DNA from: Rebecca billardiae RCC1528
Lineage: Eukaryota > Protista > Haptophyta
Reading direction: 5' to 3'
Length of the DNA: 64,000 nt
Assembly (NCBI GenBank): GCA_965240325.2
Contig: OZ251222.1
Location: forward strand, 2,170,001 to 2,234,000
The notes under the pieces: model-generated
What the model was told of the DNA's origin: nothing
The model's input: only the letters and a program-made list of their open reading frames with translations
Databases searched by the model: none
Part shown: in pieces, positions 43,501-55,202 of the stretch
How the letters are laid out: every line of letters starts with the position of its first letter
Position numbering within the stretch: the first letter of the stretch is position 1
Program-made: the position numbers and the translations under genes

Positions 43501-46500
43501 CCTTGCGTGCCGCCGCCTCCTCCGCGGCCTTGCGTGCCGCCGCCTCCTGCTCCGCGGCCTTGCGTGCCGCCGCCGCCTCCTCCTCAGCCTTGCCTGCCGC
43601 CGCCTCCACCTCTGCATCCACCTTGCTGCCTGCGGCGAGGGCGGCGGCAGCCTCGAAGGCGGGCCGGCCCGGTTCGCACGCGCTCCCCCGCTTGTGGCGC
43701 TCACTGCCCGCACGCTGCGCCTCAGGGTGTGGCTGGGCGTGTGCAGAGGGCAGGCTCTGCACCAGCTGCTCCGTGAGCTCGCACGCGCCGAGCACGTGCG
43801 TCCCGCCCACGAGCACCGTGCGCGGCGTCGCCGCGCCGCCGAGCGCGCGGCGCGCGTGCGCCTCGACCTCGCTGAGCTCTGCCTCGCACAGCGCGCCCAC
43901 CACAAACAGAATGAGCACGGGCTGGTCCGCGGGGTGCGCGCGCCGCGCGCTCTGCACGCCGAGCAGCGAGAAGCCGGACTGCAGCAGCGAGCCCAGCCCC
44001 TTGCTCACGTGCAGCACGTCAGGGCTCAGCGGCGCGCGCGGCGGCTGCAGCGGCAGCAGGTGCTCCACGAGCTGGCGCACGAGCGGGCGCGGCGGGCGCG
44101 CGCTTGCGGGCGCGCCCGGCTGCTTCGACGCGGAGGCGGCCGCGCCGCCCTCGCCGCCGCCGCCGGTGAGCCCGCCAAAGGTGCGCATGCGCGCGCGCGA
44201 CGCGGCGCACGCGCGCAGCTGCGCGCACAGCGCGCGCAGCGTGCGCTCGAGCAGCGCCCGCAGCCGAGACCAGTCGACCGCGTCGTCGCCCTCGGCCGCG
44301 CGCGCGCCGCCGGCCGCGCGGCCGTCACCGAGCAAGTGGCCGTGCTCTGCCTCGAGGCCGAGCACGCGCAGGGCCTGCCGCGGCGCGCGCAGGCAGCTCT
44401 GCACACGGCGCGGTCGTCGAAGCGCCGCGCCGCGCCATCGCGCGGCGCAGGGACGGGCGCGATGAGCTTCAGCCGAGGCCGTGGGCGCTCGGAACGGCGC
44501 GGCCGGCCGCACGGCACCGGGCGGGTGGGCGGGGCGGGGCGCGGCGCGGCGCACCTGCAGCAGCGCCTCGCGAACGCGCACCTCCTGCTCTGCAGAGAGG
44601 ACGGCGCGCGCGCCCGCCGCGCCCGCCGCGCCGCCCTCGGCGCGCGCCCCCGCCAGTGCGACCACCATCGCCAGAAGCGCCAGCGCCTCGAGCAGCGAGG
44701 GCGCGCGCTCGTGCGCCTGCGCTGCCGCGGCCGCGTTGTGCACAAGGTTGAGGCGCGAGACGAGGTGCGCGACCACCTCGGCGAGCGCGCCTTCGTCCGC
44801 GGACAGCTCGAGCGCGCGGTGCGCGCCGAGCACAGCCTGCGCGCGCGACACCGCGGCACGCGAGCGCCGGGCGCGCACGGCGCGGGCGCATGGCGGGCGT
44901 GCCGTGAGGCTTGGTGCCGGCTGCCGGGGCGCGCGGCGCGCGGCGCGGCGCGGCGCAGGCGCGTGGCGAGCGCGGCTGTCGCGCGCACCTCTGCGGCGTG
45001 CGCGCCGGCGCCGGCGGCGCCGCCGCCCCCTTGCTTCGGCTGCCGCCCCGCGGCCGGCTGCTGAGCGCGCGCCGCGCCGCCCGGAGGCTGTGTCGCTCGC
45101 AGCGCGCGCAGCACGCTCGCGGCGAGGCAGAGCGTGGGCTCGTGCGCGGCGCCTGCGGGCAGCCAGGTGTCGGGCTTGGGCGGATCCGCGCCGCGCAGCG
45201 CCTCGCGCACGCGCGCGAGCAGCGCCTCGACGCGCTGCAGCGTCGCTCGCTGCGAGGGCTCGGGGCCGGCAGCGCGCGCGGCGTGCTGCGCGGCCGGCTG
45301 CGCGCCTGCGCTGCACAGAGCGTCGCACAGCGCGCGCCTCAGCTCGAGCACGACATCGGCGCGCGTGCGCGTGAGGGCGAGGTCGTCGGCGAGCCGGCTC
45401 GCCGCGCGGTCGGCGCGGAACTCGGCGAACGGCACGCTCGCACGCCACGCCTCGCCGCCGTCGCCACCGTGATCGCCCGCTCTCTCAAGCCGCGCCGCGC
45501 GCGCGTGCCCGATTGCTCCGTGCGAGCTGCGCAGCGGCGTGCCGAGGTCGAGCGCGCGGTCGATGAGCACGAGCGCGACGCCCGCGGCCGGCGCGTCGGC
45601 GCCGAGCGCCGCCGGCTGCGCGCTCACGGGGATGCGCAGCGGCATCGTGTGCATCCGCCGCCCAACGAGCCGCGCGGTGTCGCCGACGGCGAAGATCTCA
45701 GCGCGGCCGCCGAGACTGGCGAGTAGCGCGAGCAGGCTGCGCGCCAGCCGGTCGAGTGGCTGCGCGCGCGCGGCGCTGAGGGCTTCCCAGCCGGCGACGC
45801 CGAGCGGCGTCGCGTGCGGCTCGCGCCCGCCCGCGCCGCCGGCCTCGTCCTCCGCGTCCGCGTGCTGCGCGCGCGCGGGCTCGTCCGGCCTCGCGCCCGC
45901 GTCCGCGCGCGCGCCCCCCGCGTGCGCGCCCGGCGCGAGCGGCGGCAGCGGAGGCACGTCGTCGTGCCCGGGCAGCACGAACGCGCGGGCCGCAACGGGC
46001 GCGGTGCAGACGTACAGCACGCGCGCGCTCACGGGCATGCGCAGCGCCGCGGACCAGCGGCTCGCGTACAGCTTGAGCTGGCGGGAAGCATCGCTCTCGT
46101 CGCGAGCGCCCACTGACTGCGCCGCGTGCGCCGCGTCGGCCGCGCCGTCCGGGTCGTCGTCCGGGTCGTCGTCGCGGTCGCGCGCGCTCGGCGGGGTCGG
46201 CTCGTCCGCCGCGGACCCATCGTCCGACCCGCCTCCGTCGTCGGCCGGCTCGGCCTCATCCTCGTCGCTGGCCTCAGCGTCGGCGCGGCTCGCAGCGGCG
46301 CGCGCGCTCGGCCCGACGCCGTCTCCGTCGCTCACGAGCGCTGCGGCGCTGCAGAGCACGACGCAGCGGTCGAACTCGCGATCGATCGCGGCATCGAGCG
46401 TGGGCCCCAGGCTGCGGATGGGCTGCGTGCTCAGCACGACGACGTGCGTCGGCTCGGGGCATCCCGGGAGCGCGGCCGTGCTCACGCGCATCGGTCTCGG

Positions 46501-46668
46501 CTCGACGCCGAGCGCGTGCACGCCCGCGACGCCGAGCTCCATGAGGTACGGCAAGCCGCCGGCGCCTTGCACGAGCTGCGCCGCAGAGTCGTCCGCCAGC
46601 ACCAGCGCGCCGTGGGCGTCCGCGCCCAGCGAGGCGCGCAGCGACGCCCCGGCGAGCGATTGCAGCAT
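40514..46668 (-). CDS. SCFD2: Sec1/Munc18 family protein, SCFD2/MIP3-like, with ~850-aa (AAARKAAEE)n extension, 3 exons
   Basis: Sec1 motifs [50 protein letters not shown]; introns 44837-44988 and 44399-44554; frame continues through the repeat to FDW-stop. Confidence 0.75.
41044..43600 (-). repeat. Coding minisatellite, roughly 90 units of 27-30 bp
   Basis: Plus-strand unit gccttgcgtgccgccgcctcctccgcg with +/- one triplet variants. Confidence 0.97.
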
Positions 46669-46842
46669 GGAGTCTTGCCTCGCGCGATGTCGCCGGAACC
46701 GGGCTTGATCAGTGCAGCCGGACGCCCGCCGCCGCACGTGCTGGACTGCTGCCGCTGAAAGCGCGCGTCGGTCGCGGCTCGCAAAGCACAGCGAGGGCGC
46801 ACGACGACGCGACTGCCCGGGCGGACAACCACCGACGGCGCC

Positions 46843-47870
46843 ATGGGGGAGACGGCGGCGGTGGCGCCGCTGGAGGAGCTGCGCGGGCTCGTCGCGACCA
46901 TGCGCAAAGACCTCGCCGCCATCGTCGAGCTCAAGCGCCGCGCGTCCGACGCCCCCGAGGAATCGGACGCGGCGGAGGACGAGGCGCACGACCGGTGCCG
47001 CATGATGGCGCTGCGCCTCGTCGAGCTGCGGCGGACGAATCGCGAGACGTGGCGCACCGTGGAGGAGCTGCGCGCCAGCACCATGCGCGCCCGCGGCAAC
47101 CTCGACCAGACCGACCTGCGCCTGCAGAACCTGCAGTACGAGCGGATGCACATCCGCGAGGAGATCTGGGGGTGCGAGTCGGCGCACTCGGCGCCGGACA
47201 AGCCGGTGGTGCTCGTGGACGAGGCGCAGTTCTGGCGAGACGCGCCGGAGGAGCTGCGCCTCGCCGCGACCGCCGCGCGCGAGCTCCCCGACGCCAGCGC
47301 CGCACGCGAGCTCCAGCTCTGCCGGCTGCGGCACGAGCGGCTGATGAGAACCGAGCTCGGTCGCAGCCTCGACGAGCTCAAGCTGCGCTGCGACGCGATG
47401 CACGAGGCGAACCGGAAGAAGGCGGAGTTCATACAGTCGCTGGGCACGCAGCTCGCCACGATCGCGCACGCCTCCGCCGGCGCGCAGGCGTGCATGCGCC
47501 TCCGCATCACCGACGAGAACGAGGAGCGCCAGCGCGCCAAGCTGCTGCCGCCGCCGCTGCGTGCTCTGTATGCGCGGCTGGGCGGCGCGCGCGACGTGCT
47601 GTGCGCCGAGCACGCGGCGGCGGAGGCGGCGGAGGGCGAGGCGGGCGCGGAGGCCGCGTTCGAGCTGAGCGTCTGCGGGGACGTCGATCGCTCCCGCCTC
47701 GAGCTCGCCGCCGCCGTGCGCCCGGACGCGCGCGCGGGCGACGCGGAGGGCGGCGGCGGCGGCGGCGACGCGAGCGCGCGCGCTGGCGCGGCCGCCGGCG
47801 CGAGTGCCGAGCAGGCGCAGCCGATGGACACGGACGCGAACGGCGTGGACGACGCGGGCGCGGAACGCGC

Positions 47871-47902
<32 letters not shown>

Positions 47903-49821
47903 ACGACGACGCCGAGCCCGCGGGTAGGGAGCCGGGCTCTCGCGAGGCGGGGCGCGCCGCGGCGGGCGTGGGCGCTGCGCAGCCACTGCTTGGAGGCGCA
48001 AACGCGCTCGCTGCCACACACCCGCTCTCGGTGCAGCTGACGGTGCGCGTGCCGTGCGAGCTGCCCTTCGACGCTGCGCACGTGCCCAGCGCCGCCGAGC
48101 CGACGAGCGCGACGCCGGCGCGCCCTGCCGCGCACGGCGCCGAGCACGCCGCCACGCACGGAGGCGCGGCCGCGCTCGGCGGCCGCGCCGGCGCCGTGCG
48201 CAGCGATGGGGGCGGCAGCGCTCCTGAGGCGGACGACGATGGCCTCGTGCCGGACGCGCCGCTCGCTGACTCTCGGGCGGAGGCGGAGGCGGGGCCGACG
48301 GCCGTGCAGCCCGGGCGCGACGCGCGCGACGGCGGCCACGCGCACGCCGCCGCCGCGCGGCCGAGCGGCGCGGACGGCGCGGCACGGCACGTGCTGTTGA
48401 CGATGGCGGTGCGCTTTGAGCTGCACCCGCGGCTGGGCGTGGTCAGCGCGCGCGTCGAGACGGTGGAGCCCGAGCACGGCGCGGGGCTGGCGCGCGAGCC
48501 GCTGCTGCACGCGCTGATCGGCGCGGACGACGACGCGCCCGCGCTCGACCTCGCGCGCGCCGAGCACGGCGGCGCACCCGTGCCATCGAGTGCTGACGCC
48601 CTGGCGCGCGCGCTGGGGCCTTCCTTCATGCCGGCTGTGTGGCTGCAGCGCGTGTGCGGGTTGGCGCGCGGCCGCGGCGGGACCGACGGCCGGGCGGACG
48701 CGGCGGACGCGGCGGAGGCCGAGCGGCGCGACGCCGTGCTGCTCGCCGAGGCCGCGCTCTCCGCGCTGCGCGAGCGCCTGCGCGCGCGCACACTCCTGCT
48801 CTCGCAAATCGGTGCGCCCGCGCCGCGCCGCGCGTGCGTCGCGCCGCGCAGCGCACGCGCGCCCTTCAGCGCGGCCGCGGCCGCGGCCGCGGTCGCGCGT
48901 GCCGTGTGGGCGCGGGGCCCGATGCGCAAGCGGCGTGGCCAGCCTGCTCCGCGCGCGCGCTGACCTCCCGCCGCCCGTCGCGCGCCATCGTCCGCGCACG
49001 CCCTGCCCCTCGCCCGCAGCGGTGCTCCGCGCGGCCGCGGCGCCGGCGCCGCGCGCTCGTGCCGACGCGCTGCCGAGTGCGCCTGCGGTGGCGCGGCTGC
49101 GCGCGCGCGGTGCGCAGCTCACGCGCTGGGAGCAGGTGACGCCGCAGGCGCTCGCAGACCTCGCCGCGCGGCGGCGGGGCGTGCTCGGCGGGCCGGCGGG
49201 CGCGAGCGGAGCGCCCGCCGCCTCGACGACGGCCGCGCTCGCGCCCGCCAACACCCTGCGCTGCTTTGTCGCCGAGCTGAGCACGGCGGGCGGCGGGCGT
49301 GTGCAGCTGCTACTGACCCTGGGCGCGGATTACCCGCGCGCGCGGCCGGTGGCGCACATGCACTGGCTCGCGCCGCCGCCGAGCGCGGCGGCGGCGCGGC
49401 TCCCACCCGAGCTGCTGCGACTGTGCAGCTCTGCGGACGCGCGGCGCCACCTCGACAGCGCGCGCGGCGGGAGGGGCACTCACTCAGTCTGTGACAACAA
49501 CCTGAGTGTCCTCGAGACTGTGCTGTGCGAGCGCGCGGCCGACGCGCGGACCGACGGCGCGCTCGTCCGGGCCATCGAGTGGTGCGCGCGCCGCGCCGCG
49601 CGCGTGCCCGCCGACGGCCTGCACGCGCTCACCGAATCGCTCGCGCGCGCCGCGCTGCGCTCGGCCCTGCGACACGCGCCTCCGACCGACCGCGTGCGCG
49701 CGCGCCCTCTGCTCGCAGGCTGCTCGACGCGGTGCACGCGTGCGCGCTCTCGGACGAGGGCGGTACCGAGCCGAGCGCACGGACCATCCGCGGGCGCGAT
49801 CGGCGCAAGATGCTCGGCTGA
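46843..49821 (+). CDS. THOC5: THO complex subunit 5, 3 exons
   Basis: LRRTNR..LDQTDLRLQNLQYERMHIREEI..C, RLRHER..R.EL, AKLLPPPLRALY, C-terminal RGRDRRK; introns 48812-49019 and 49582-49718. Confidence 0.88.
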
Positions 49822-49998
49822 GCCTTGGCGGTGTGCTCCGTGCGTCCAGAGCTGGCCGCTGGCGGCGATACCGGCATCATCGACATCATCGCCACAGCCG
49901 CCGGCCGACGCTCGTCGCAGCGCTGCTGCGCGGCCGCGCGAGCCGTGCGTCGCAGCCGCGGGCGCCAAGATATGGCGGCTCGCCAGTAGGCAGCAGTC

Positions 49999-50040
49999 AG
50001 AGAGAGAGAGCTATACTAAGCTAGAGAGAGAGAGAGAGAG
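49999..50040. repeat. Interrupted (GA)n microsatellite
   Basis: Direct reading. Confidence 0.85.
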
Positions 50041-50261
50041 GTGTTTTTCCTTCGTCGGCCCGCCGCCGCCGCCCCGGCTGGCGTCGCGACTTTCAACTTG
50101 CGAGGCACACCCGGCACCGGAGTGGCAGCACGTGAACTTATTCGTGGTGGAAAAGAAATCCCACCTCGAAATTCGTGCTGGTGCCTGGTGTAAGACCTCA
50201 ACGGTGGTCAGCACTGCCTGCCCGCGTCCCGCGTGCACCGGTCGCAGGCGGCGGCGGATCG

Positions 50262-52114
50262 ATGGACGCGCTCGACGCCTTGATGGATGAGCCCGTGGCC
50301 CCGCCGTGCAGGCGGCCCGGAGTGTCGATGGCATCGCCGCCTTCCACGCCGGATAGCGATCAGCCGGTGCACGCGCACGATGATGCCCGTATGGCGCCGA
50401 TGTCCGCGGCTCAGGAGGCTGCACCTGCTGAGCCGACTGCTCGAGCCCACGTGCCCGCCACCGAGCCGCCACGAGCCGAGACGGCGACATGGAGAGCGCG
50501 AGGTGCGGTGGGGTCGGCTGGGGAGACGAGCGCAGCGCGGCTCGCGGCAGCATCGCGCGTAGCCGCACCGCCTGAGGCCGCAGCTGCGGACGCCGAGGGA
50601 GTGGCGGAGGAGGCGGGAGAGGGGGAGGCGGAGGAGGAGGAGGAGGACGACGATCTGTACGGCCCGAGCGAGCGGATGCTCGCGCGTCTGGCAGCGGAGA
50701 GGCGTGGGCGCAAGCGCACCTTGGCCGAGATCCGAGACGCGCTGCTCGACGACGACTTACCCTCGGGCGCAGACGCGGCTGCGGACGCTATCGACCTGGA
50801 CGTGGAGCCCGAGCCGTCCGAGGAGGAGGTGGCGGCGGAGGCGCGCGACAAGATCGGGTACCCGCAGCTGGGCGCGGGCGCCAAGCCCGTCGCCGCGCAC
50901 GAGCCGCTCGAGCTCGAGCCCGCCGACGGCGGCACCGGCGCGCGCGCACGCGTGCCCGCGCACATCAACCAGTACTTACGTGAGTACCAGAAGGAGGGGG
51001 TGCGCTTCCTGTGGCGCTGCTACAGCGAGGAGCGCGGCGGGCTGCTGGCGGACGACATGGGCCTGGGCAAGACGGTGCAGACTCTCGTATTCCTCATGGC
51101 CGTCTTCGGCAAGCAGGCGACGAGGGACGAGCGCCGCCGACAGCCGCCGACAGCGCACGCGGACGCGCCCCTCGCGCTGATCGTGTGCCCGCAGGCGGTG
51201 CTGACCAACTGGAAGCGCGAGCTCGAGACGTGGTGCGACTTCGGCGTGGCGATCGCGCACGGCTCGCAGCAGACGCACGCGCTCCAGGCCGCGGACGAGC
51301 GCACGTGCGAGGTGCTGATCTGCACGTACGCGCTGCTGCGCGACCGCCTCAGTGCGCTCAAGAGGCTGCGGCCGACCATCGCGATCTTCGACGAGGCACA
51401 CGAGCTGAAGAACTGCAAGAGCAAGGCGCACCTCAACGCGTCCGCGCTGCCCACGGCGTACCGGTACGGCCTCACCGGCACGCCGCTCTCCAACGACATG
51501 AAGGAGCTGCACGCGCTGCTCCACGTGCTCTCGCGCGGCCGCGTGGGCTCGGCCGACGACTTCAAGGATCGCTACTCGAAGCCGATCAAGTACGGCAGCC
51601 GGTTCGGCGCGACTGAGTTCGAGCTGCGCAAGCGCGAGGACCGGTGCGAGGAGCTGCACGAGCGGCTGCTCTCCAGGTGGATGCTGCAGCGCAAGAAGAG
51701 CATCATCGCGGAGCAGCTGCCGCGCAAGACCGACAACATTGTCTTCTGCCCGCTCGAGTCGTCGCAGGCCTCGGTGTACGCGCGCGTGCTCGAGTCGAGC
51801 GACTTCGAGGCGCTGCGCAACATGTCGCTGCCGTGCGGCGCGTGCGGCTCGGGCGTGCCGCAGAGGGACTGCTGCGTGCACGTGGACGAGCCCGGGCCGC
51901 TGTGGCACGCCTTCCACCCGAACGGCGAGTATGGCGAATGCCGCGCGCGGCACAAGTGCCCGAGCTGTCTCATCTTCCCCGCCATCTCCAAGCTGCTGCA
52001 CATCGCCAACCACCTCGACCTGATCCGCGCGGTCGTCGGCTCGGAGAGCTTCGAGCACGACGCTGCGTTCGCGCGCATGGCCTTCGGCTGCGACGCGGAC
52101 GGCGCGGCGGGCGC

Positions 52115-52146
<32 letters not shown>

Positions 52147-52970
52147 TGGACCCGCCCGTGTGGCAGCGCACCGACCGGCTCACGCAGATGGTCTCGGACG
52201 TGGGCTGCGGCAAGCTCACCGCGCTGCGGCTGCTGCTCACGCAGTGGCGGCGCGAGGAGGCGAAGGTCCTCGTCTTCTCGTGGTCGGTGCGCATGATGGA
52301 CGTCCTCGAGAAGTTCCTCGCGCACCAGGGGCACGCGCACCTCCGGCTTGACGGCTCGACCTCGCGCGCCGAGCGCGACAAGTACGTGCGCGAGTTCAAC
52401 TCGCCCGGCTCGGCCAAGTTCGTCTTCCTGATCTCGACGCGCGCGGGCGGCGTCGGGCTCAACCTGGTCGCCGCGAACAAGGTGGTCGTCTTCGACCCGA
52501 ACTGGAACCCCTCGCACGACCTGCAGGCGCAGGACCGCGCGTTCCGGATCGGCCAGCGCCGAGACGTGGACGTGTACAGGCTGGTCGCGGCGCACACGAT
52601 CGAGGAGAAGATCTACATGCGGCAGATGTACAAGCAGGGCATCGCCGCGGTCGCGCTCGCCGGCACGAAGAGCAAGCGCTACTTTGTGGGCGTGCAGGGC
52701 GAGGCGAACCTCAAGGGCGAGCTCTTCGGCATCGCCAACCTGCTGCAGCTGCCGCCCAGGCCGCGGCAGAGCGCGGCGCCGCCCGACGACGACAGGCTGG
52801 AGGTCGCGTCCATTGTGAAGCGGCAGAACGCCGTCAAGAGCCTCGGAAAGGGCGTGCAGATCGTGCGCGACGAGCTGGTCGAGCGCGCGCGCACGACGGA
52901 CGCGACGGCGGGCTCCGAGCCCAACGGCCCAGCCGAGCCGAACGCTGCCGACGACGCTCGGCCAGCCGGC

Positions 52971-53002
<32 letters not shown>

Positions 53003-53528
53003 AGACGGCGAGGCGGTGCACAACGTGGATGAGCTGGTGAGCATCATCGAGTCGGACGAGGCGGAGGCGCAGCGCCTCCGCAGGCGCGAGCAGGCGATTC
53101 CTCTCGGCGACATCTCGCTATGGATGCACGAGCACGGCAGCGCCATCGCCGCGGACAAGGCGGAGGACGAGCTGGTCGCGAAGATCCGCTCGCGCGACAA
53201 GAAGCCAGCAAGCCCGGCCGCGGCGGGGCCGGCCGCGCCTGCGCCAAAACTGGCGGCGCCCGACGCCGAGTGCGTGGCGTGTGGCGCCCAAGCCGGCGGG
53301 AGCTCCGCGCAGGCTTCCGCGGGGCCGGTGACGCCGGCTCCGCGTCCGACGCCACTCGCCTGCGCCCGCCGACTCGTCGAGGTGGCACACGCGGGCGCCT
53401 CCCAGCTTGGCCGTCTGGAGTTTGTCGAGCTGATGCGCTCCACTTACGAGGTGGCGCGCGCTGTGAGCGACATGGAGGATGACGAGCGCGATGCGCTGGC
53501 GCAGCACATCAACGCGAATGGTAGCTAG
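50262..53528 (+). CDS. ERCC6L2: SNF2-family ATPase, ERCC6L2/Rad26L-like
   Basis: LADDMGLGKT, DEAH, LTGTP, LISTRAGGVGLNL, DLQAQDRAFRIGQ, subfamily-type KRYFVGVQG..GELFGIANL and Cys-rich insertion between lobes. Confidence 0.88.
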
Positions 53529-53845
53529 CAGCACAGATATGTGGGTGATGGCGCATATCACTGCGGCGTATTACACTGCTGCTGCTGCTTAATCCTAGGC
53601 TAGTGGCATCATGCATGCGCCATCGTCGTCATCAGATCTGACGAGCGCTCATCAAGTCTCAAACTACTACTCAAACTAGCGCGCAGCAGGCCAGCAGTCT
53701 CTCAACCGCCACTCACTCAGTCAACGGCTCCGTGTTAGTCGGTAGCCGTGGCTGGTACTCGCTACTGATGCCGGACTGCTTGATGACCTTGCGAGCACTG
53801 CTCCCAGTAGCCCCACGGCGACATCGACGACGTTGTCGACTGCTA

Positions 53846-55105
53846 CTAAGACTGCGACTCGCGCGCATCGCAATCGGCTGCACCATCGGCGCCTGCCCGC
53901 CGGCCTGGGTCGCGGGTCGGCACACTCGGCACCCCCACCTGTGACAATGAACGCGACGAAGATGAGAATGTCGATCTGATCGCTAGCGGGTGCTGGCCTT
54001 CGTGTGCAGCTGTGACGGATGCGCTGCCGGACAGGTTGCCGTCGCGCTCGCGATGATGTGCTTTGTGTCTCGTCCTCGGATCTGAGAGGCAGCCGGCATC
54101 CGCCAAGGTGCGCAACAGCGCGTGCTCCGTCTCAAAGTCGTGCCGACGATGCTTCGGCGCCGTCCAGTTCTGGTAGTAGTGGAAGCTGGGCGCACGCGCT
54201 CCGTCGGCATCAGAGCTGGCGGCTGCGCGCACAACCCGCGCCATGTGGCCAAAGCCGTAGGCGGCGACAAAGCGGCAGCGCGAGAGTGCGAGCAGGACCG
54301 CCATCAAGCCTGAGGACGCGAGGCCGGACTGCGAGCTCGTGAGCTGCACTGGCCCCAGGATCGCCACCGGGCCGCCCTGGCGGCCGACCGACGCATTGCA
54401 GCCGAGCGGCAGCCGGAGCGCCCGCAGCCGGCGGTCGTACGCTTTCCGGTACGCGACGATCAGGCCGGGCGCGCGCGGGTCGCTAGCGAAGGCGCGCAGG
54501 CGCTCGGCGAGCGAGGGCGCCGCGAGCGCACGGAGGGCAAGCGCGAGCTTCTCGGCGTGCATGCGGTTGATCAACCTGCAGGTCGTGCGCGTGCCGACGT
54601 CGGGCCGGAAGTCTCCAGCGTTGCTGCGCAGCACACGCTCCGAGTGCGCGTCCACCGGCACAGTGCCGGCGCTGGCGCGGAGCGGTGCGAGGTTGACTCG
54701 TATCACGGCGGAGTGCTGGTCGATCTCGCGCCCGAGCGCGGCGTGGCGGAGCGCGCTCGACGAGCCGACAACGGCGCACGAGCTCTGCGGCCGGGTGACG
54801 GCGATCATGCACATGGAGCGCGGCGCACACGTCGAGATCGTCAGCCTGGCCATCGCGGCGCTGAGCCAGCGCGCGCGCGGGGAGGCCGAGGCGTCCAGGG
54901 TGCGCGCGCACGCCTCCCAGGCGGTTGAGGCTGCGGGCTCGTGCGGTCTGGGCGGTGCGCTGCGTGTGGCGTTCTCGCGCGCTTGCACGTGCGCGCGAGG
55001 CGCGTGCGCGCCCACGCGAACGGTGTGCTCCCGATGCGCGCCCAGCGGGAGCGCAACGATGGCACCTCCAAGCACGAGTAACATGGCGAGCAGCGGAGGC
55101 GCCAT
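53846..55105 (-). CDS. Glycosyltransferase family 29 (sialyltransferase-like), type II membrane
   Basis: Sialylmotif L (CAVVGSS..L....G.EID....VIRVN.AP..DVGTRTT), S (SSGLMA...A...C..V..YGF), III (HYY), VS (HDFETE). Confidence 0.9.
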   Translation of the reverse strand: MAPPLLAMLLVLGGAIVALPLGAHREHTVRVGAHAPRAHVQARENATRSAPPRPHEPAASTAWEACARTLDASASPRARWLSAAMARLTISTCAPRSMCMIAVTRPQSSCAVVGSSSALRHAALGREIDQHSAVIRVNLAPLRASAGTVPVDAHSERVLRSNAGDFRPDVGTRTTCRLINRMHAEKLALALRALAAPSLAERLRAFASDPRAPGLIVAYRKAYDRRLRALRLPLGCNASVGRQGGPVAILGPVQLTSSQSGLASSGLMAVLLALSRCRFVAAYGFGHMARVVRAAASSDADGARAPSFHYYQNWTAPKHRRHDFETEHALLRTLADAGCLSDPRTRHKAHHRERDGNLSGSASVTAAHEGQHPLAIRSTFSSSSRSLSQVGVPSVPTRDPGRRAGADGAADCDARESQS

Positions 55106-55202
55106 CGTGCGGTGCCTCCGCAAGCGATCGCCCGCGCGCCGACCGCGCGCCGACCGACCTCGGCGCCCACGACGGGCACAGCTGCGCGCAGCGCGGGGCC
55201 CG

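Noticed and set aside
40950-44465. Long [17 protein letters not shown] and poly-Arg ORFs over the minisatellite
   Set aside because: Alternative frames of a stop-free repeat; only the AARKAAEE frame is continuous with the Sec1 domain.
54339-55202. N-terminal 288 aa of the 1894-aa ORF
   Set aside because: Antisense shadow of the GT29 gene; the TM-bearing start is ATG 55203.
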